From assembly GCF_938045345.1 (NCBI RefSeq), contig NZ_CALIMS010000053.1:1099-65098 (forward strand): a stretch of 64,000 bases of DNA, given 5' to 3'. The stretch is from an uncultured Campylobacter sp. Its GTDB lineage: Bacteria > Campylobacterota > Campylobacteria > Campylobacterales > Campylobacteraceae. The notes below the pieces were generated by a model, which did not search any database, was not told where the DNA came from, and saw only the letters and a program-made list of their open reading frames with translations. A program made the translations under genes and the position numbers. Shown one piece after another: positions 9,085 to 19,198 of this stretch (within the stretch, counting starts at the first letter, position 1; every line of letters begins with the position of its first letter).

Positions 9085-10071
9085 CTACGCAAAGGGCAGA
9101 ATTTTTTTGTAATTGCTCCACAGCTTGCTATCTTCGCCGAAATATGCAAGCAGTCCGCGCGCGTTGCGATCGAAAGGGTTGGGCTCTTTATGCAGCGCGA
9201 TACGCTGCGACAGGCGCAGATCGTAGGTGTTGTATATCGCGGAATACGGCACCGGAAAGTCCGAAGCGTAAAGCAAGCGCGAATGCACGTCCGTTTGGCT
9301 CGCCAGATGCGGCAGAGCCTTGGCGCGCACCGGCGTCATCAGCGCCGAAACGTCGGCGTAGAGGTTCTTGTGCGTGCGCAGAAGCGCTAAAAGCGCGAAA
9401 TAATCGTGTCCGAAATTTCGCGGGCGACGCGAGAGCGCACGAAAAATATGCGAATACTCGTAGTTAATCGCCATGTGCGCGCACACCGTCGTAACGCCCA
9501 GCTCAAGCGGCGCATAGATCATCTCCAGCGCTTCGCAGCGGCGCGTGCTCGGCACCGAGCTTTCGTTGCCGACGTGGATCACCAGCGGCAAGCCGAGCTT
9601 GGCGAGCTTTTCAAAATACGGCACGTAGCGAGGCAGCCTCGTATCCAGATCCCAATAGTTTTGTAAAAATTTCGCCCCCTTAAATCCAAGCTCAAAGCAG
9701 CGATCGATCTCATCTAGCGCGTCCGCTCGCTTCGGATTGATGCTAAAAAACGGCACGATGAGATCTGGGTTTTTTTGATAAATTTCAAACACGCTGTCGT
9801 TGTCCGCACAGACGGTCTTATCGCGATGGATTAGCTCGCCCGCGTCGCTAAATTTAGCATCCACGCCGAAAAGCACCGCCTTTTTAACGTATTTCGAAGC
9901 TCTAAGCCCGCCGAGCAGAGCGTCCACGTAGGCCTCGTATGGCTCTTTAATCGCGCGCGATACGTCTATGCCGAAGCGCCTGCCGAAAAGGCACAGCGCG
10001 AGCCTGTCGTAAGGGCGGTCGAAGCGCACCTCCTTGCTTAGCAGATGGACGTGAAAATCAAGCGTTTGCAT
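9085..10071 (-). CDS. amidohydrolase-family (TIM-barrel metal-dependent hydrolase) protein
   Basis: The N-terminal LDFHVHLL (HxH) motif, an internal VIHVG and a late ASDFP Asp motif are typical of the amidohydrolase_2 family. Confidence 0.65.
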   Translation of the reverse strand: MQTLDFHVHLLSKEVRFDRPYDRLALCLFGRRFGIDVSRAIKEPYEAYVDALLGGLRASKYVKKAVLFGVDAKFSDAGELIHRDKTVCADNDSVFEIYQKNPDLIVPFFSINPKRADALDEIDRCFELGFKGAKFLQNYWDLDTRLPRYVPYFEKLAKLGLPLVIHVGNESSVPSTRRCEALEMIYAPLELGVTTVCAHMAINYEYSHIFRALSRRPRNFGHDYFALLALLRTHKNLYADVSALMTPVRAKALPHLASQTDVHSRLLYASDFPVPYSAIYNTYDLRLSQRIALHKEPNPFDRNARGLLAYFGEDSKLWSNYKKILPFA

Positions 10072-10182
10072 CGTGGATCCTTGGAGAAAATTTTGCCGAG
10101 TTTATATCAAATTGCGGTAAATAGTTAGAATTTTAATTAGAGTTTAAATTTACGTTCCGCGCCCTGCCTCGCATAGAATTTA

Positions 10183-10325
10183 GCGCGGACGTAGTCCGCC
10201 CCTTATAAAGCGTCGTCGGGGGTTAGGTGGGGTTTGTGGGCGAGCGGAGCAATGCGGTGCTGCGGGGCAGCGCCGCCTCCGCGAGAAGTGTGACCTCGCA
10301 ATTCAAGCCCCCTTTCTGCCCCCAA
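10183..10325 (+). repeat. structured GC-rich repeat element, copy A (solitary, expanded second hairpin)
   Basis: GCGCGGACGTAGTCCGC hairpin, then AAAGCGTCGTCGGGGGTTAGGTGGGGTTT, then GGGGCAG...GACCTCGCAATTCAAG...CTGCCCCCAAGA. It is homologous to the elements at 24.9-25.7 kb. Confidence 0.75.
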
Positions 10326-10666
10326 GATATTTCACATCTATTACGTAAACGCAATAGTACGTTCAACAAAATCAGGACTTGCACAACTAGAGTTTTAAAC
10401 AAAATTTTAAAATGTAAAATTGCAAAATTCTACTAATTGAAATTTATAACTTTACAGCCAAATTAATAGAATTATGTAACGAAAGTTTAGCACTCCATGT
10501 TATCGAACTTGCCGTACGAATATTTTTTCGTGGATGGAATATTTTAAGAAAAATAGGCAAAGGGCAAAGTATATAAAAGAGCGATTACGCACAAAATAGC
10601 CGAGTTGATACAAAAGCAAACCTAAAAGAATTTTCGGCTACAATTTCCCCCAAATAAAGGCAAAAT

Positions 10667-11989
10667 ATGAAAGAAATCTCGCTACTAAGGCTCTCGCTCG
10701 CAATCTACATCGATATGTTTTTGCGCCTCGTGACCACGTTTATCAACACCTACATGATCTCGCGCGTGGACGTCTCACTAGTGGGCGCGCTGGGGGCGGG
10801 CAACGAGATATTTTTGCTCTTCGTCACCGTTTTCGGCTTTCTGGCCGTGGGCTGCTCGGTACTCGTAGCGCAGGCGCTGGGGGCGAAAAACAAAGTCCTA
10901 GCGATGCGCGCGATCCACACGAGCATCGCATTCAACGCGCTCGTAGGGCTTTGTAGCGGCGTTTTCGTCTTTAGCTGCGCGCCGTTTTTACTCCGCGCGC
11001 TGCAAGTGCCCGCCGAGCTTTTGAGCGAAAGCGCGATCTATCTTAAGGTCATCAGCATCGTCTTTGCGATAGACGCCGTCGCGATCGTGCTTAGCGCCAT
11101 CGTGCGCGTTTACGGATACGCAAATTTCATCATCGCAGTCTCTGTAGCGATGAATTTAGTAACGCTCGCGGGCAACTACGTCGTGCTCTTTAGGCCGTTC
11201 GGACTGCCGTACTACGGGCTTGAGGGCATCGGTGTGAGCACCATCGCGGGGCGCATGATCGGTGTATGTTTATTCTTCCTCATCATCACGAAGGTGCTAA
11301 AGATAAAATTTTACCTCACGATGTTTTTAAAGATCAAGCTCGCCACGCTGCGTAAAATTCTATCCGTAGGGCTTCCGAGCGCTGGCGAAAACATGCTGTG
11401 GATCGTGCAGTATCTAGTCGCCTTCGCCTTCGTCGCGAACATGGGCGAGGCGAGCCTTACCGTGCAGACGATCTATTTTCAAATTTCATCATTCATCTTC
11501 TTCGGCGGAAGCGCGATCAGTATGGCAAATGAAGTGATCGTAAGCCGCCTCGTAGGTGCCGCCAAGCCGCAGGAGGCGTACCGGCACACATTTACCGCGC
11601 TGCGCTTTGGGCTCGGGGCGACGGCGTTTTTTGTCGCGATCGTGTTTTTAGCGCGCGAGCAGATCATGGAGATGTTGAGCTTAAACGAGGCGCACAAGCA
11701 AGTCATGCGGCCGCTTTTTTACCTCACGCTGGGGCTTGAGTTCGGACGGACGCTTAATATCGTGTTCGTAAACGCCCTACGCGCAAGCGGCGACGCGAGG
11801 TTTCCCTTTGCGATGGGCGTGATCTTTATGTGGGGCGTCTCGATCCCCGTGGGTTGGCTTTTGGGTATCCATTTGGGATATGGAATTTTGGGCGTTTGGA
11901 TCGGGTTTTTCTGCGACGAGTGGCTACGCGGCAGCGCCAACACGGCGCGATGGATAAGTAAAAAATGGCAGAGCAAAAAGTTAGTCTAA
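10667..11989 (+). CDS. MATE-family efflux transporter
   Basis: 440 aa with about 12 TM helices and the two-fold repeat pattern typical of MATE/NorM proteins. Confidence 0.8.
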   Translation: MKEISLLRLSLAIYIDMFLRLVTTFINTYMISRVDVSLVGALGAGNEIFLLFVTVFGFLAVGCSVLVAQALGAKNKVLAMRAIHTSIAFNALVGLCSGVFVFSCAPFLLRALQVPAELLSESAIYLKVISIVFAIDAVAIVLSAIVRVYGYANFIIAVSVAMNLVTLAGNYVVLFRPFGLPYYGLEGIGVSTIAGRMIGVCLFFLIITKVLKIKFYLTMFLKIKLATLRKILSVGLPSAGENMLWIVQYLVAFAFVANMGEASLTVQTIYFQISSFIFFGGSAISMANEVIVSRLVGAAKPQEAYRHTFTALRFGLGATAFFVAIVFLAREQIMEMLSLNEAHKQVMRPLFYLTLGLEFGRTLNIVFVNALRASGDARFPFAMGVIFMWGVSIPVGWLLGIHLGYGILGVWIGFFCDEWLRGSANTARWISKKWQSKKLV

Positions 11990-13242
11990 ATTTGCTAGGC
12001 TTGCCGATCAGCCTGCGTTTTAAGCGGATGAAATACGCGCGCATCCGCATTAGTAAGGACTGCGAGATCAGCGTGAGCGTGCCGCGCTCCTACACCGCGG
12101 CGCAAGCAAAAGACTTCATCCTAAAGCACGAAAGCTGGATCCGCCGAACGCTAGCGCGACTGCGAAGCAAGCTACTAGCGAGCGATCAGGTTAGAATTTT
12201 AGGCAAAATTTATAAGCTGAAATTTAGCCGCGAGGCTGAGCTCGGCGCGAACTGCGACGCGAATGAAAATTTAGGCGATAGCGGCACGCAAGGCTGCGTG
12301 AACTGGGCGAATGGCGATGCGAATAGTGACGCGAGCGGCGTAAATTCGGCTCATTTACAAAGCGGCGCGGGCATAGGCGGTAGCGGCGGCGATGCGAGCA
12401 GTAGCGCAAATAACGGCACGGGCGGCATGAATTACGGTGCGGGCGGCGGCACGGCAAGTGAAATTTTAAAATTTCACTCGGGCGAACACACTTCGCAAAG
12501 TGGTGCGGCGGGCGAGGATTTGAAATTCAACCTACCGGACGATGCGGCGCAAGGGCTCGCACAACAGAGCAAAGTGCGACAAAGCGGCGAGTTTATAAAT
12601 ACGGCGGCGCAAAATGTCTGCGAGCAATCCTACGGCGAAATTTTAAAATTTAATCCTGCCGCAGGGGATGAAATTTCAAAATTTAAACCCGCTGCGAACG
12701 GAGAAATTTCAAATTTTGACTCTGTCGTGGGCGAAGGAATTTCGGTCGCTAGCGAAAAAACTTCAAAATCCGCGAGCGAAAACGCGCCGCAAAATGTAGC
12801 GCAAAGCGCGCAAGCGGCGGAGCGCGACGAGCCCGATTTTACGATCAAAAATTTTATCCAAAGCTCTAAATTTAAAGATAAAATTTTCGTATCAGGGGGC
12901 GCGATCTTTTGCGAGAGCGAGGGTGAGTTTACGGCGTTTAAAAAGGCCTTTGCGCTTGAGCTTTACCTACGCTATATCGAGAAATTTTCTCCGCGAATAG
13001 GCCGCAAGATCGCGCGAGTGCGGGTGCGCAAAATGCAGACGCGCTGGGGCAGCTGCAACCACGCAAAGGGCTATCTCAACTTCTCGCTAAGCCTGATAGA
13101 GCGGGATCCGCGCTTCGTCGAATACGTCGTGCTGCACGAGCTCGCGCACCTCATCCATGCAAACCACGGAGCGGATTTTTACGCGCTCATCGCGCAGATA
13201 ATGCCCGATTTTAGGGCACGTATCAAGCTAGGCAAGGGGTAA
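11965..13242 (+). CDS. YgjP/DUF45-type (SprT-like) zinc metallopeptidase with a ~210-aa internal low-complexity insert
   Basis: The C-terminus has MQTRWGSC...YVVLHELAHLIHANH (WGSC plus HExxH). The N-terminus has RMKYARIRISKDCEISVSVP...HESWIRR. Typical family members are about 230 aa; this one is 425 aa. Confidence 0.75.
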   Translation: MAEQKVSLNLLGLPISLRFKRMKYARIRISKDCEISVSVPRSYTAAQAKDFILKHESWIRRTLARLRSKLLASDQVRILGKIYKLKFSREAELGANCDANENLGDSGTQGCVNWANGDANSDASGVNSAHLQSGAGIGGSGGDASSSANNGTGGMNYGAGGGTASEILKFHSGEHTSQSGAAGEDLKFNLPDDAAQGLAQQSKVRQSGEFINTAAQNVCEQSYGEILKFNPAAGDEISKFKPAANGEISNFDSVVGEGISVASEKTSKSASENAPQNVAQSAQAAERDEPDFTIKNFIQSSKFKDKIFVSGGAIFCESEGEFTAFKKAFALELYLRYIEKFSPRIGRKIARVRVRKMQTRWGSCNHAKGYLNFSLSLIERDPRFVEYVVLHELAHLIHANHGADFYALIAQIMPDFRARIKLGKG

Positions 13243-13287
13243 AGACCGCCTCAAAGAACTTTTGCAATAGCAATATTTTGCCTATTT

Positions 13288-13774
13288 TTATATCCCTGCT
13301 TTTACACTATCGTCATAATGAACTTCTTTTAATTTAAAAATCTCTATTATTCTTTCGATCTCATTTTTTTGTATTAACGATGTATTGATGTCAAAGATAA
13401 GTCCCTCTACCCATAATTTCTTGAAGCCAAAATTTATTATAAGCGGAGCATTTTCTTTAAAAAATAGTCCAGACGAAAATTGCAAATATATTAATTTTAA
13501 TTCATCATATTTGAATGTCTTCGTAAAATAATTAGATATTACAAAGCCATTTTCATAAAATATAATTTTTCGAAACGTCTGCTCTGTAAATAGCATTATG
13601 AGCGTTAAAAAATATAATAAATGAGATAGAAATACCAATAATATCGCCTCTATACCAACCGGTATACACTAGTAATAATAATACCGCATATGATAAATAT
13701 GGTCTTAAGTGCCCAAAAATTTTACTTCTTTCCACGCGATAAATTTCTTTACCTAGCCATTCTGGATTTTTCAT
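13288..13774 (-). pseudogene. small two-TM membrane protein apparently split by a frameshift at an A6/T6 tract
   Basis: ORFs 13553..13774 and 13288..13638 overlap in different frames. Joining them at the T6 run (plus-strand A6 at 13607-13612) gives one continuous TM helix, IIGISISFIIFF-LTLIMLF. Confidence 0.35.
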
Positions 13775-13942
13775 GGGGTGCCTTTAAATTTGATCTGTTA
13801 TTTTACTTCCGTAAATCTTAAAATGAAATTTTTTAGCTCAAGCGAATTTTAATTACCGTGTCATACACGCTTATCTATACCTAGATAAAATTTTTCACGC
13901 CTTAAATCAGCGAAATTTCGCAAATTTTCGCGGGCCAAAGCG

Positions 13943-14383
13943 CTAATCTAAAGCCGCAAATTCCACGTATTTCTCCATCGCAACCAGCAGGAGCCAGCGC
14001 GCGGTAGGGCTGAAAAAATAGTGGTGTTCTGGGACCTGCTCCATTATAAATTTTAAAAAATCGTGAAAGTACTCGGGCGCAAATTTAACCTCGGCGCTCG
14101 TTAAACTATCGCCCAGATAGTAGATTTCGCCGCTCAAAATCCTCTCTTTTGCCGCGGGGTTTGCGTCTATGAAGCTTCTCGCGCCAGCAAAGCTGGGGCA
14201 GTCCGCAGTCGCGTAATCTTTCAAACCTCGCAAGACGGGCTTGGAGCCGACGAAGGTGAAATTTTCCTCTATAAAGCGCGCTCCGCCCTCGCTCACCTGC
14301 CAGCAATCGCCCAAGCTCGATAGAAACGCAAACATCTCATCATCCGCGGATTTGAAATTTGCAGGCTCATTTTTGCGATCCAT
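13943..14383 (-). CDS. hypothetical cytoplasmic protein
   Basis: The ORF opens at 14497, but the ATG at 14383 (MDRKNEP) is preceded by AAAGGA. I recognise no family. Confidence 0.4.
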   Translation of the reverse strand: MDRKNEPANFKSADDEMFAFLSSLGDCWQVSEGGARFIEENFTFVGSKPVLRGLKDYATADCPSFAGARSFIDANPAAKERILSGEIYYLGDSLTSAEVKFAPEYFHDFLKFIMEQVPEHHYFFSPTARWLLLVAMEKYVEFAALD

Positions 14384-14596
14384 CTTCGTCCTTTTTAAAT
14401 TCATAGTTGCTTTTATTTTGAAATTTTTACGATAAAGAACAAAAAATATGTTTGATTTAATCTTTTTAAAATCATTATATTGAATTAGGCTAATCAAGGT
14501 TTCCCGAGCTCTTTTTATTTCAAGCGAAATCCTTTACCGCCCTTAAAATTCAACCAATTCAAATAATCGTTCTTTCTTTATTTTTTTGAACTTTAT

Positions 14597-15841
14597 TTAT
14601 TTGTTATCATCAGCGAACTGCTCTTTGACAAGATCTTTGATATCGCTTTTAATACTTTTAGTATCAACTATTGAATCCTCACCCAGCTTCTGAAATTTTT
14701 CTTTATCTGCCTTCGTATATTCCTGTTCATCATCATATTTTTTTGTGATCAACCAAATCATCTTGCGACGCAAAAACTTCTCATCTCTAACATTTGACCT
14801 CTCTTTGATCCACCCAATTAGTAATACCATCAACATTATAAAACCAATATAACCTAGAATTGGATACATAATCGATACTAATTTTTTAAAGCCCATAAAG
14901 GATAATATATACCCTACAACTACGGTGCCAATCATAATTGGATAAAAACGTTTTGATTGATTAGATGAGAAACGTTTTGCTAAGGCATAGAATAAACTGA
15001 AAGCAGTATTAAAGATCAAGCCGAAGATAACAAGTGCATACACAAACGCAAATGCAGGGTGAATCTGTTTGGCAATAGCCAACATAGGAATATCAACAGT
15101 CGTTGCAAGTTTTACATTTGCATATAAGATACAGGTTGTAACTGTGATGATAATACCGATTATAAATCCACCCAAAGTACCACCTTTTTCTGCTACACCA
15201 ATCCTCATAATGGATCCCCCTAATACAAAAGCCATTGATACACCTGTCATAACGCAGAGCGAAAAATAATTCAGAACAGAAAACCAGATATTTGGCATTG
15301 GAGTAGAGATTGTATTTGCAATTGTTTCTAATTCTTTAAAATCAAAACGTTGACTTGCAAAGGTATACACTGCCATAATCATAATCATGATAAAAATAAT
15401 AGGCGTAAATATTCCGATCACATTCGTGATTTTTTCAAAATTAAGAAAGCTAACAAGGATTATCAATACGGCACATAGGAGTGCTCCTGACCAGAATGGC
15501 ATGCCAAATTGCTGATTAAGATTTGATCCAGCCCCGGCAATCATGACAAAACCTACCACAAAACAGCAAATAATTAAAGAAATATCAAGAATTTTATTAG
15601 TGATAGATCCAGCAATTTGTGAAAGAACTTCAAAGTGATCATTGGATCTAAAATAACTACCGAATGTAATAATGATTTTACCAAAGACGGCATTGAGGAT
15701 ACCAAGAATAACGGCTCCAAGAATACCCCATTTGCCAAAACTGACGAAATATTGCATCAGATCCTGACCGGACGATAATCCAGCACCGACAATAACCCCA
15801 ACATATGCTAACGCTACATTTAAAATTTGTTTTAACATCAT
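14597..15841 (-). CDS. YkvI-family multi-TM membrane protein (putative transporter)
   Basis: The N-terminal AYVGVIVGAGLSSGQDLMQYFV resembles the YkvI signature (IGTVVGAGFASGQE). There are about 11 TM helices, and the gene is clearly more AT-rich than its flanks. Confidence 0.55.
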   Translation of the reverse strand: MMLKQILNVALAYVGVIVGAGLSSGQDLMQYFVSFGKWGILGAVILGILNAVFGKIIITFGSYFRSNDHFEVLSQIAGSITNKILDISLIICCFVVGFVMIAGAGSNLNQQFGMPFWSGALLCAVLIILVSFLNFEKITNVIGIFTPIIFIMIMIMAVYTFASQRFDFKELETIANTISTPMPNIWFSVLNYFSLCVMTGVSMAFVLGGSIMRIGVAEKGGTLGGFIIGIIITVTTCILYANVKLATTVDIPMLAIAKQIHPAFAFVYALVIFGLIFNTAFSLFYALAKRFSSNQSKRFYPIMIGTVVVGYILSFMGFKKLVSIMYPILGYIGFIMLMVLLIGWIKERSNVRDEKFLRRKMIWLITKKYDDEQEYTKADKEKFQKLGEDSIVDTKSIKSDIKDLVKEQFADDNK

Positions 15842-16064
15842 CCTACCTCTTAATTATAAAAATTTTAATTTGCTTTACTAATATTAAGAATCTTTAAATT
15901 TAAATAATATTAAATGCTAATTAAATTTTATCCAAATAATGACACGAAATTTACACCGAAATTACATCCAAACTCTTAGCGAGATTCCAAGCGAAAATCC
16001 CGTACTTTGGTGAATAAAACCGCAAGACCACCGCTCAAAACAGATCAAGGCAAATCAAGGCAAT

Positions 16065-17159
16065 TTACTTGAAAAAATTCTTGATTTTATCGAGTATCCC
16101 CTCGTCGTCTCCGCCCTTACTGCCGAAGCTTTCTTGAAGCTCGCGCAAAAGCGCCTCTTGCTTCTCGTTCAATTTTTTAGGCGTCTGGACGTTTACCTGT
16201 ACGATCAGATCGCCGTTTTTCTTGGTGCGGATATTCGGCACGCCCTCGCCGTAGATCGTGAAGCGCTGCTTGTCCTTCGTGCCTACTTTGAGTTTCAGCT
16301 CTGCCTTGCCGCGCGGCGTCGGCACCTCGATGCTCTCGCCCAAGATCGCCTGCGTGAAAAACACCGGCACCTCGATATACAGGTCGTCTCCGTCGCGCAG
16401 GAAGTGGCTGTCCTCCTTCACGCGCACTATCACGTACAGATCCCCGATCTCGCCGGTTTTGGAGACGTTGCCTTTGCCGCTTAGGCGCACGCGCTGTCCG
16501 TCGTCGATGCCTGCAGGAATGTCAAATTTAAGACTCACGTCCTCCTCGGTAAAGCCCTTGCCGCCGCAATCCTTGCACCTATCTTTTACGATCTCGCCCG
16601 TGCCACCGCATTCGGAGCAGCTTTGGATGAAGCTCATATATCCGCGCCTGACCGCGACGCGCCCAGTGCCGCCGCAAGCGGAGCAGGTATGCTTCTTTTT
16701 ATCCTTCGAGCCGGTGGCGTCGCAGGTGGAGCACGGCTTTTTGATCTTGTATTTTATCTCCTTGTGAACGCCTTCCAAAGCCTCTTTAAATTCCAGCGTT
16801 ACGGCTAGCTCGGTATCTATGCCGTATGGATCGCTAGGACGAGCCGAGCGACCGCCGCCGCCGAATGCCTGCTCGAAAAAATCGCCGAAAATAGAGCCGA
16901 AGTCAAATCCTCCGCCGCCCGCGCCGCCGTATGCGCCGCTGATGCCCTCTTTGCCGTAGCGATCATACATCCTGCGCTTTTGATCGTCGCTTAAAATTTG
17001 ATACGCTTCGTTGATCTTTTTAAATTTCTCCTCCGATTCCTTGTCGCCTTGGTTTCGGTCGGGATGGAATTGCAAAGCGAGCTTTCGAAACGCCTTTTTT
17101 ATCGTCTCGGCGTCGGCATCGCGCGCCACGCCTAAAATTTCATAATAGTCTTCTTCCAC
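16065..17159 (-). CDS. dnaJ: molecular chaperone DnaJ
   Basis: J domain with HPDRN, a G/F-rich linker and four CxxCxGxG zinc-finger repeats ([32 protein letters not shown]). Confidence 0.95.
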   Translation of the reverse strand: MEEDYYEILGVARDADAETIKKAFRKLALQFHPDRNQGDKESEEKFKKINEAYQILSDDQKRRMYDRYGKEGISGAYGGAGGGGFDFGSIFGDFFEQAFGGGGRSARPSDPYGIDTELAVTLEFKEALEGVHKEIKYKIKKPCSTCDATGSKDKKKHTCSACGGTGRVAVRRGYMSFIQSCSECGGTGEIVKDRCKDCGGKGFTEEDVSLKFDIPAGIDDGQRVRLSGKGNVSKTGEIGDLYVIVRVKEDSHFLRDGDDLYIEVPVFFTQAILGESIEVPTPRGKAELKLKVGTKDKQRFTIYGEGVPNIRTKKNGDLIVQVNVQTPKKLNEKQEALLRELQESFGSKGGDDEGILDKIKNFFK

Positions 17160-17240
17160 GAAATTCTCCTTGAACTATACAAAAGGGGCAATTTTATCTA
17201 AATTTAATAAAACGCAAGTTAAGACTTAACTATTTTTATG

Positions 17241-17246
17241 TATAAT
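17241..17246 (+). promoter_or_regulatory. candidate -10 box (TG-TATAAT) for racR
   Basis: TTTTATGTATAAT lies 43 nt upstream of the ATG at 17289. An AAGGA RBS sits at 17278-17282. Confidence 0.4.
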
Positions 17247-17288
17247 GCAATATTTAAAATTTCAAATCAACGATGCAAAGGATAAAAA

Positions 17289-17960
17289 ATGATAAACGTA
17301 TTGATGATAGAAGACGACAGCGAGTTCGCACAGCTTCTAACCGAATATCTGGCCAAATTTAACATCCAAGTTACAAACTTCGAAGACCCGTATCTGGGCA
17401 TTAGCGCAGGGATCAAAAACTACGATCTGCTAATTTTAGATCTTACGCTTCCTGGGATGGACGGACTTGAAGTCTGCAAAGAGATCCGCGAGAAATACGA
17501 CATTCCGATCATCATCAGCTCGGCTAGAAGCGACGTGAGCGATCGCGTCGTAGGCCTTCAGATCGGCGCGGACGATTACCTGCCGAAGCCTTATGATCCA
17601 AAAGAGATGCACGCGCGCATTATGAGCTTAATTCGTCGCTATAAAAAAGCCAGCGAAAAGGAAGAAACCGCCACAGATAGCGTATTTCGCATCGACGACA
17701 AGCGCCATGAAATTTACTTCGGCGAGGAGTCGCTCGTGCTAACGCCTGCGGAGTATGAAATTTTAGAATACCTAATCAAGCAGCATAGTTTTTCGGTATC
17801 TCGCGAGCAGCTCGTATATCACTGCAAGAGCCTAAAGGACAAGGATTCAAAGAGCCTAGATGTTATCATCGGACGCCTACGCACCAAAATCGGCGACAGC
17901 TCCAAAGCGCCTAAGCATATCTTTTCGGTTCGCGGTATCGGCTACAAGCTCATAGGATGA
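17289..17960 (+). CDS. racR: OmpR-family response regulator RacR
   Basis: The receiver domain (MINVLMIEDD ... LDLTLPGMDG) is followed by a winged-helix output domain. The dnaJ / racR-racS-recR order matches C. jejuni. Confidence 0.8.
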   Translation: MINVLMIEDDSEFAQLLTEYLAKFNIQVTNFEDPYLGISAGIKNYDLLILDLTLPGMDGLEVCKEIREKYDIPIIISSARSDVSDRVVGLQIGADDYLPKPYDPKEMHARIMSLIRRYKKASEKEETATDSVFRIDDKRHEIYFGEESLVLTPAEYEILEYLIKQHSFSVSREQLVYHCKSLKDKDSKSLDVIIGRLRTKIGDSSKAPKHIFSVRGIGYKLIG

Positions 17961-19198
17961 AGCACTCATTAATCACCAAAATTTCGGTTTTTTTTGTAAT
18001 CGCGATCATCTTAGTCTGCGTGCTTTTCATCACGTTCGCACGGATGCAGATGAATAGAGCTCTAGGTAGCATGCAGGCTAATCAAATAAACGCGGTCAAT
18101 AATCTACTTGAGCTATACAAGCGTAATGCCCCTCCCAGCGATATTGAGCGCTACTTCTCCAGCTATGGCTTGGAGCTTGTAAAAGATAAAAATATCATCC
18201 AAAACATCATCACGAGTGGTAAAATTTTTTTCGTCCAAGACACTTCTATCGGCGAGTTTAGTTCGGTTGAGTATAATAATTCACTGTTTTTAAATATCAA
18301 AAACAACTCTTTCGTCGTGGTTTTCGAAAGCCTTGGCACGAAGAATTTAAACGATCCGCTTTGGGTCGGATTTTTGCTTACGATGGCGGTTTTGATCTCG
18401 CTTTATTTATCGATCGTGCGAAGTTTTACGCCGCTAAAAAAACTAAGCAAAAATATCAAAAAATTCGCCCAGGGCAACTTGGACGTAAATTTAGCCGCCA
18501 CGCACAGCGAAGACGAGATTGGGCAGGTCGCACAGGAATTTAACAATGCGATTGCTAAAATTCAAGAGCTAATCCGCTCGCGCCAGCTATTTTTACGCAC
18601 CATCATGCATGAGCTTAAAACCCCGATCGGCAAGGGCAGGCTAATCACCGAAATGCTTGAGGACGAAACACAAAAAGAGCGGCTCGTCAATGTCTTCGAG
18701 CGGCTTGAAATTTTAATCAACGAGTTTGCAAAAATCGAGCAACTGCTCTCAAAAAGCTACTCGCTCAACTATCAGGATTATCATTTCAGCCTCATTTTAG
18801 AGCAGGTCAAAGATATGTCGATGCTCGATAATTGGGATGAGCTTATCAGCACGGATATCGAGTGCGATGCGGTGATAAACGTGGATTTCGGGCTATTTGC
18901 ACTGGCGATTAAAAATTTAATCGATAACGCCCTAAAATACTCCAGCGATAAAAAAGTTCGCATCATCTGCGACGAAAATAAAGTAAGTGTCGCCAACCGC
19001 GGCGCGGCGCTTGCAAAATCATTCGAGCACTACAAGCAGGCCTTTATCAGAAATAAAGACGAGAAAGCCACCGGCATGGGGCTTGGGCTTTACATCATCG
19101 ATAAAATTTGCGAGCTGCATAAATTCCGCTTCGAGTACAATTACAGCGACGGCACACACTACTTCTCGATCGTCTTTTCGCCAAAGGGCGCCATATGA
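17957..19198 (+). CDS. racS: sensor histidine kinase RacS
   Basis: Two TM helices, a HAMP-like segment, the H-box IMHELKTP, and N and G boxes (DNALKYS, GMGLGL). A 4-nt overlap links it to racR. Confidence 0.75.
   Translation: MKHSLITKISVFFVIAIILVCVLFITFARMQMNRALGSMQANQINAVNNLLELYKRNAPPSDIERYFSSYGLELVKDKNIIQNIITSGKIFFVQDTSIGEFSSVEYNNSLFLNIKNNSFVVVFESLGTKNLNDPLWVGFLLTMAVLISLYLSIVRSFTPLKKLSKNIKKFAQGNLDVNLAATHSEDEIGQVAQEFNNAIAKIQELIRSRQLFLRTIMHELKTPIGKGRLITEMLEDETQKERLVNVFERLEILINEFAKIEQLLSKSYSLNYQDYHFSLILEQVKDMSMLDNWDELISTDIECDAVINVDFGLFALAIKNLIDNALKYSSDKKVRIICDENKVSVANRGAALAKSFEHYKQAFIRNKDEKATGMGLGLYIIDKICELHKFRFEYNYSDGTHYFSIVFSPKGAI

Noticed and set aside
10227-10436. 69-aa ORF in the amidohydrolase-MATE spacer, and similar spacer ORFs (7755..7937, 28148..28330, 33130..33360, 38786..39043)
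   Set aside because: They have no RBS and odd compositions. 10227..10436 merely reads through GC-rich repeat copy A, and the others lie in AAATTT-type spacer DNA.
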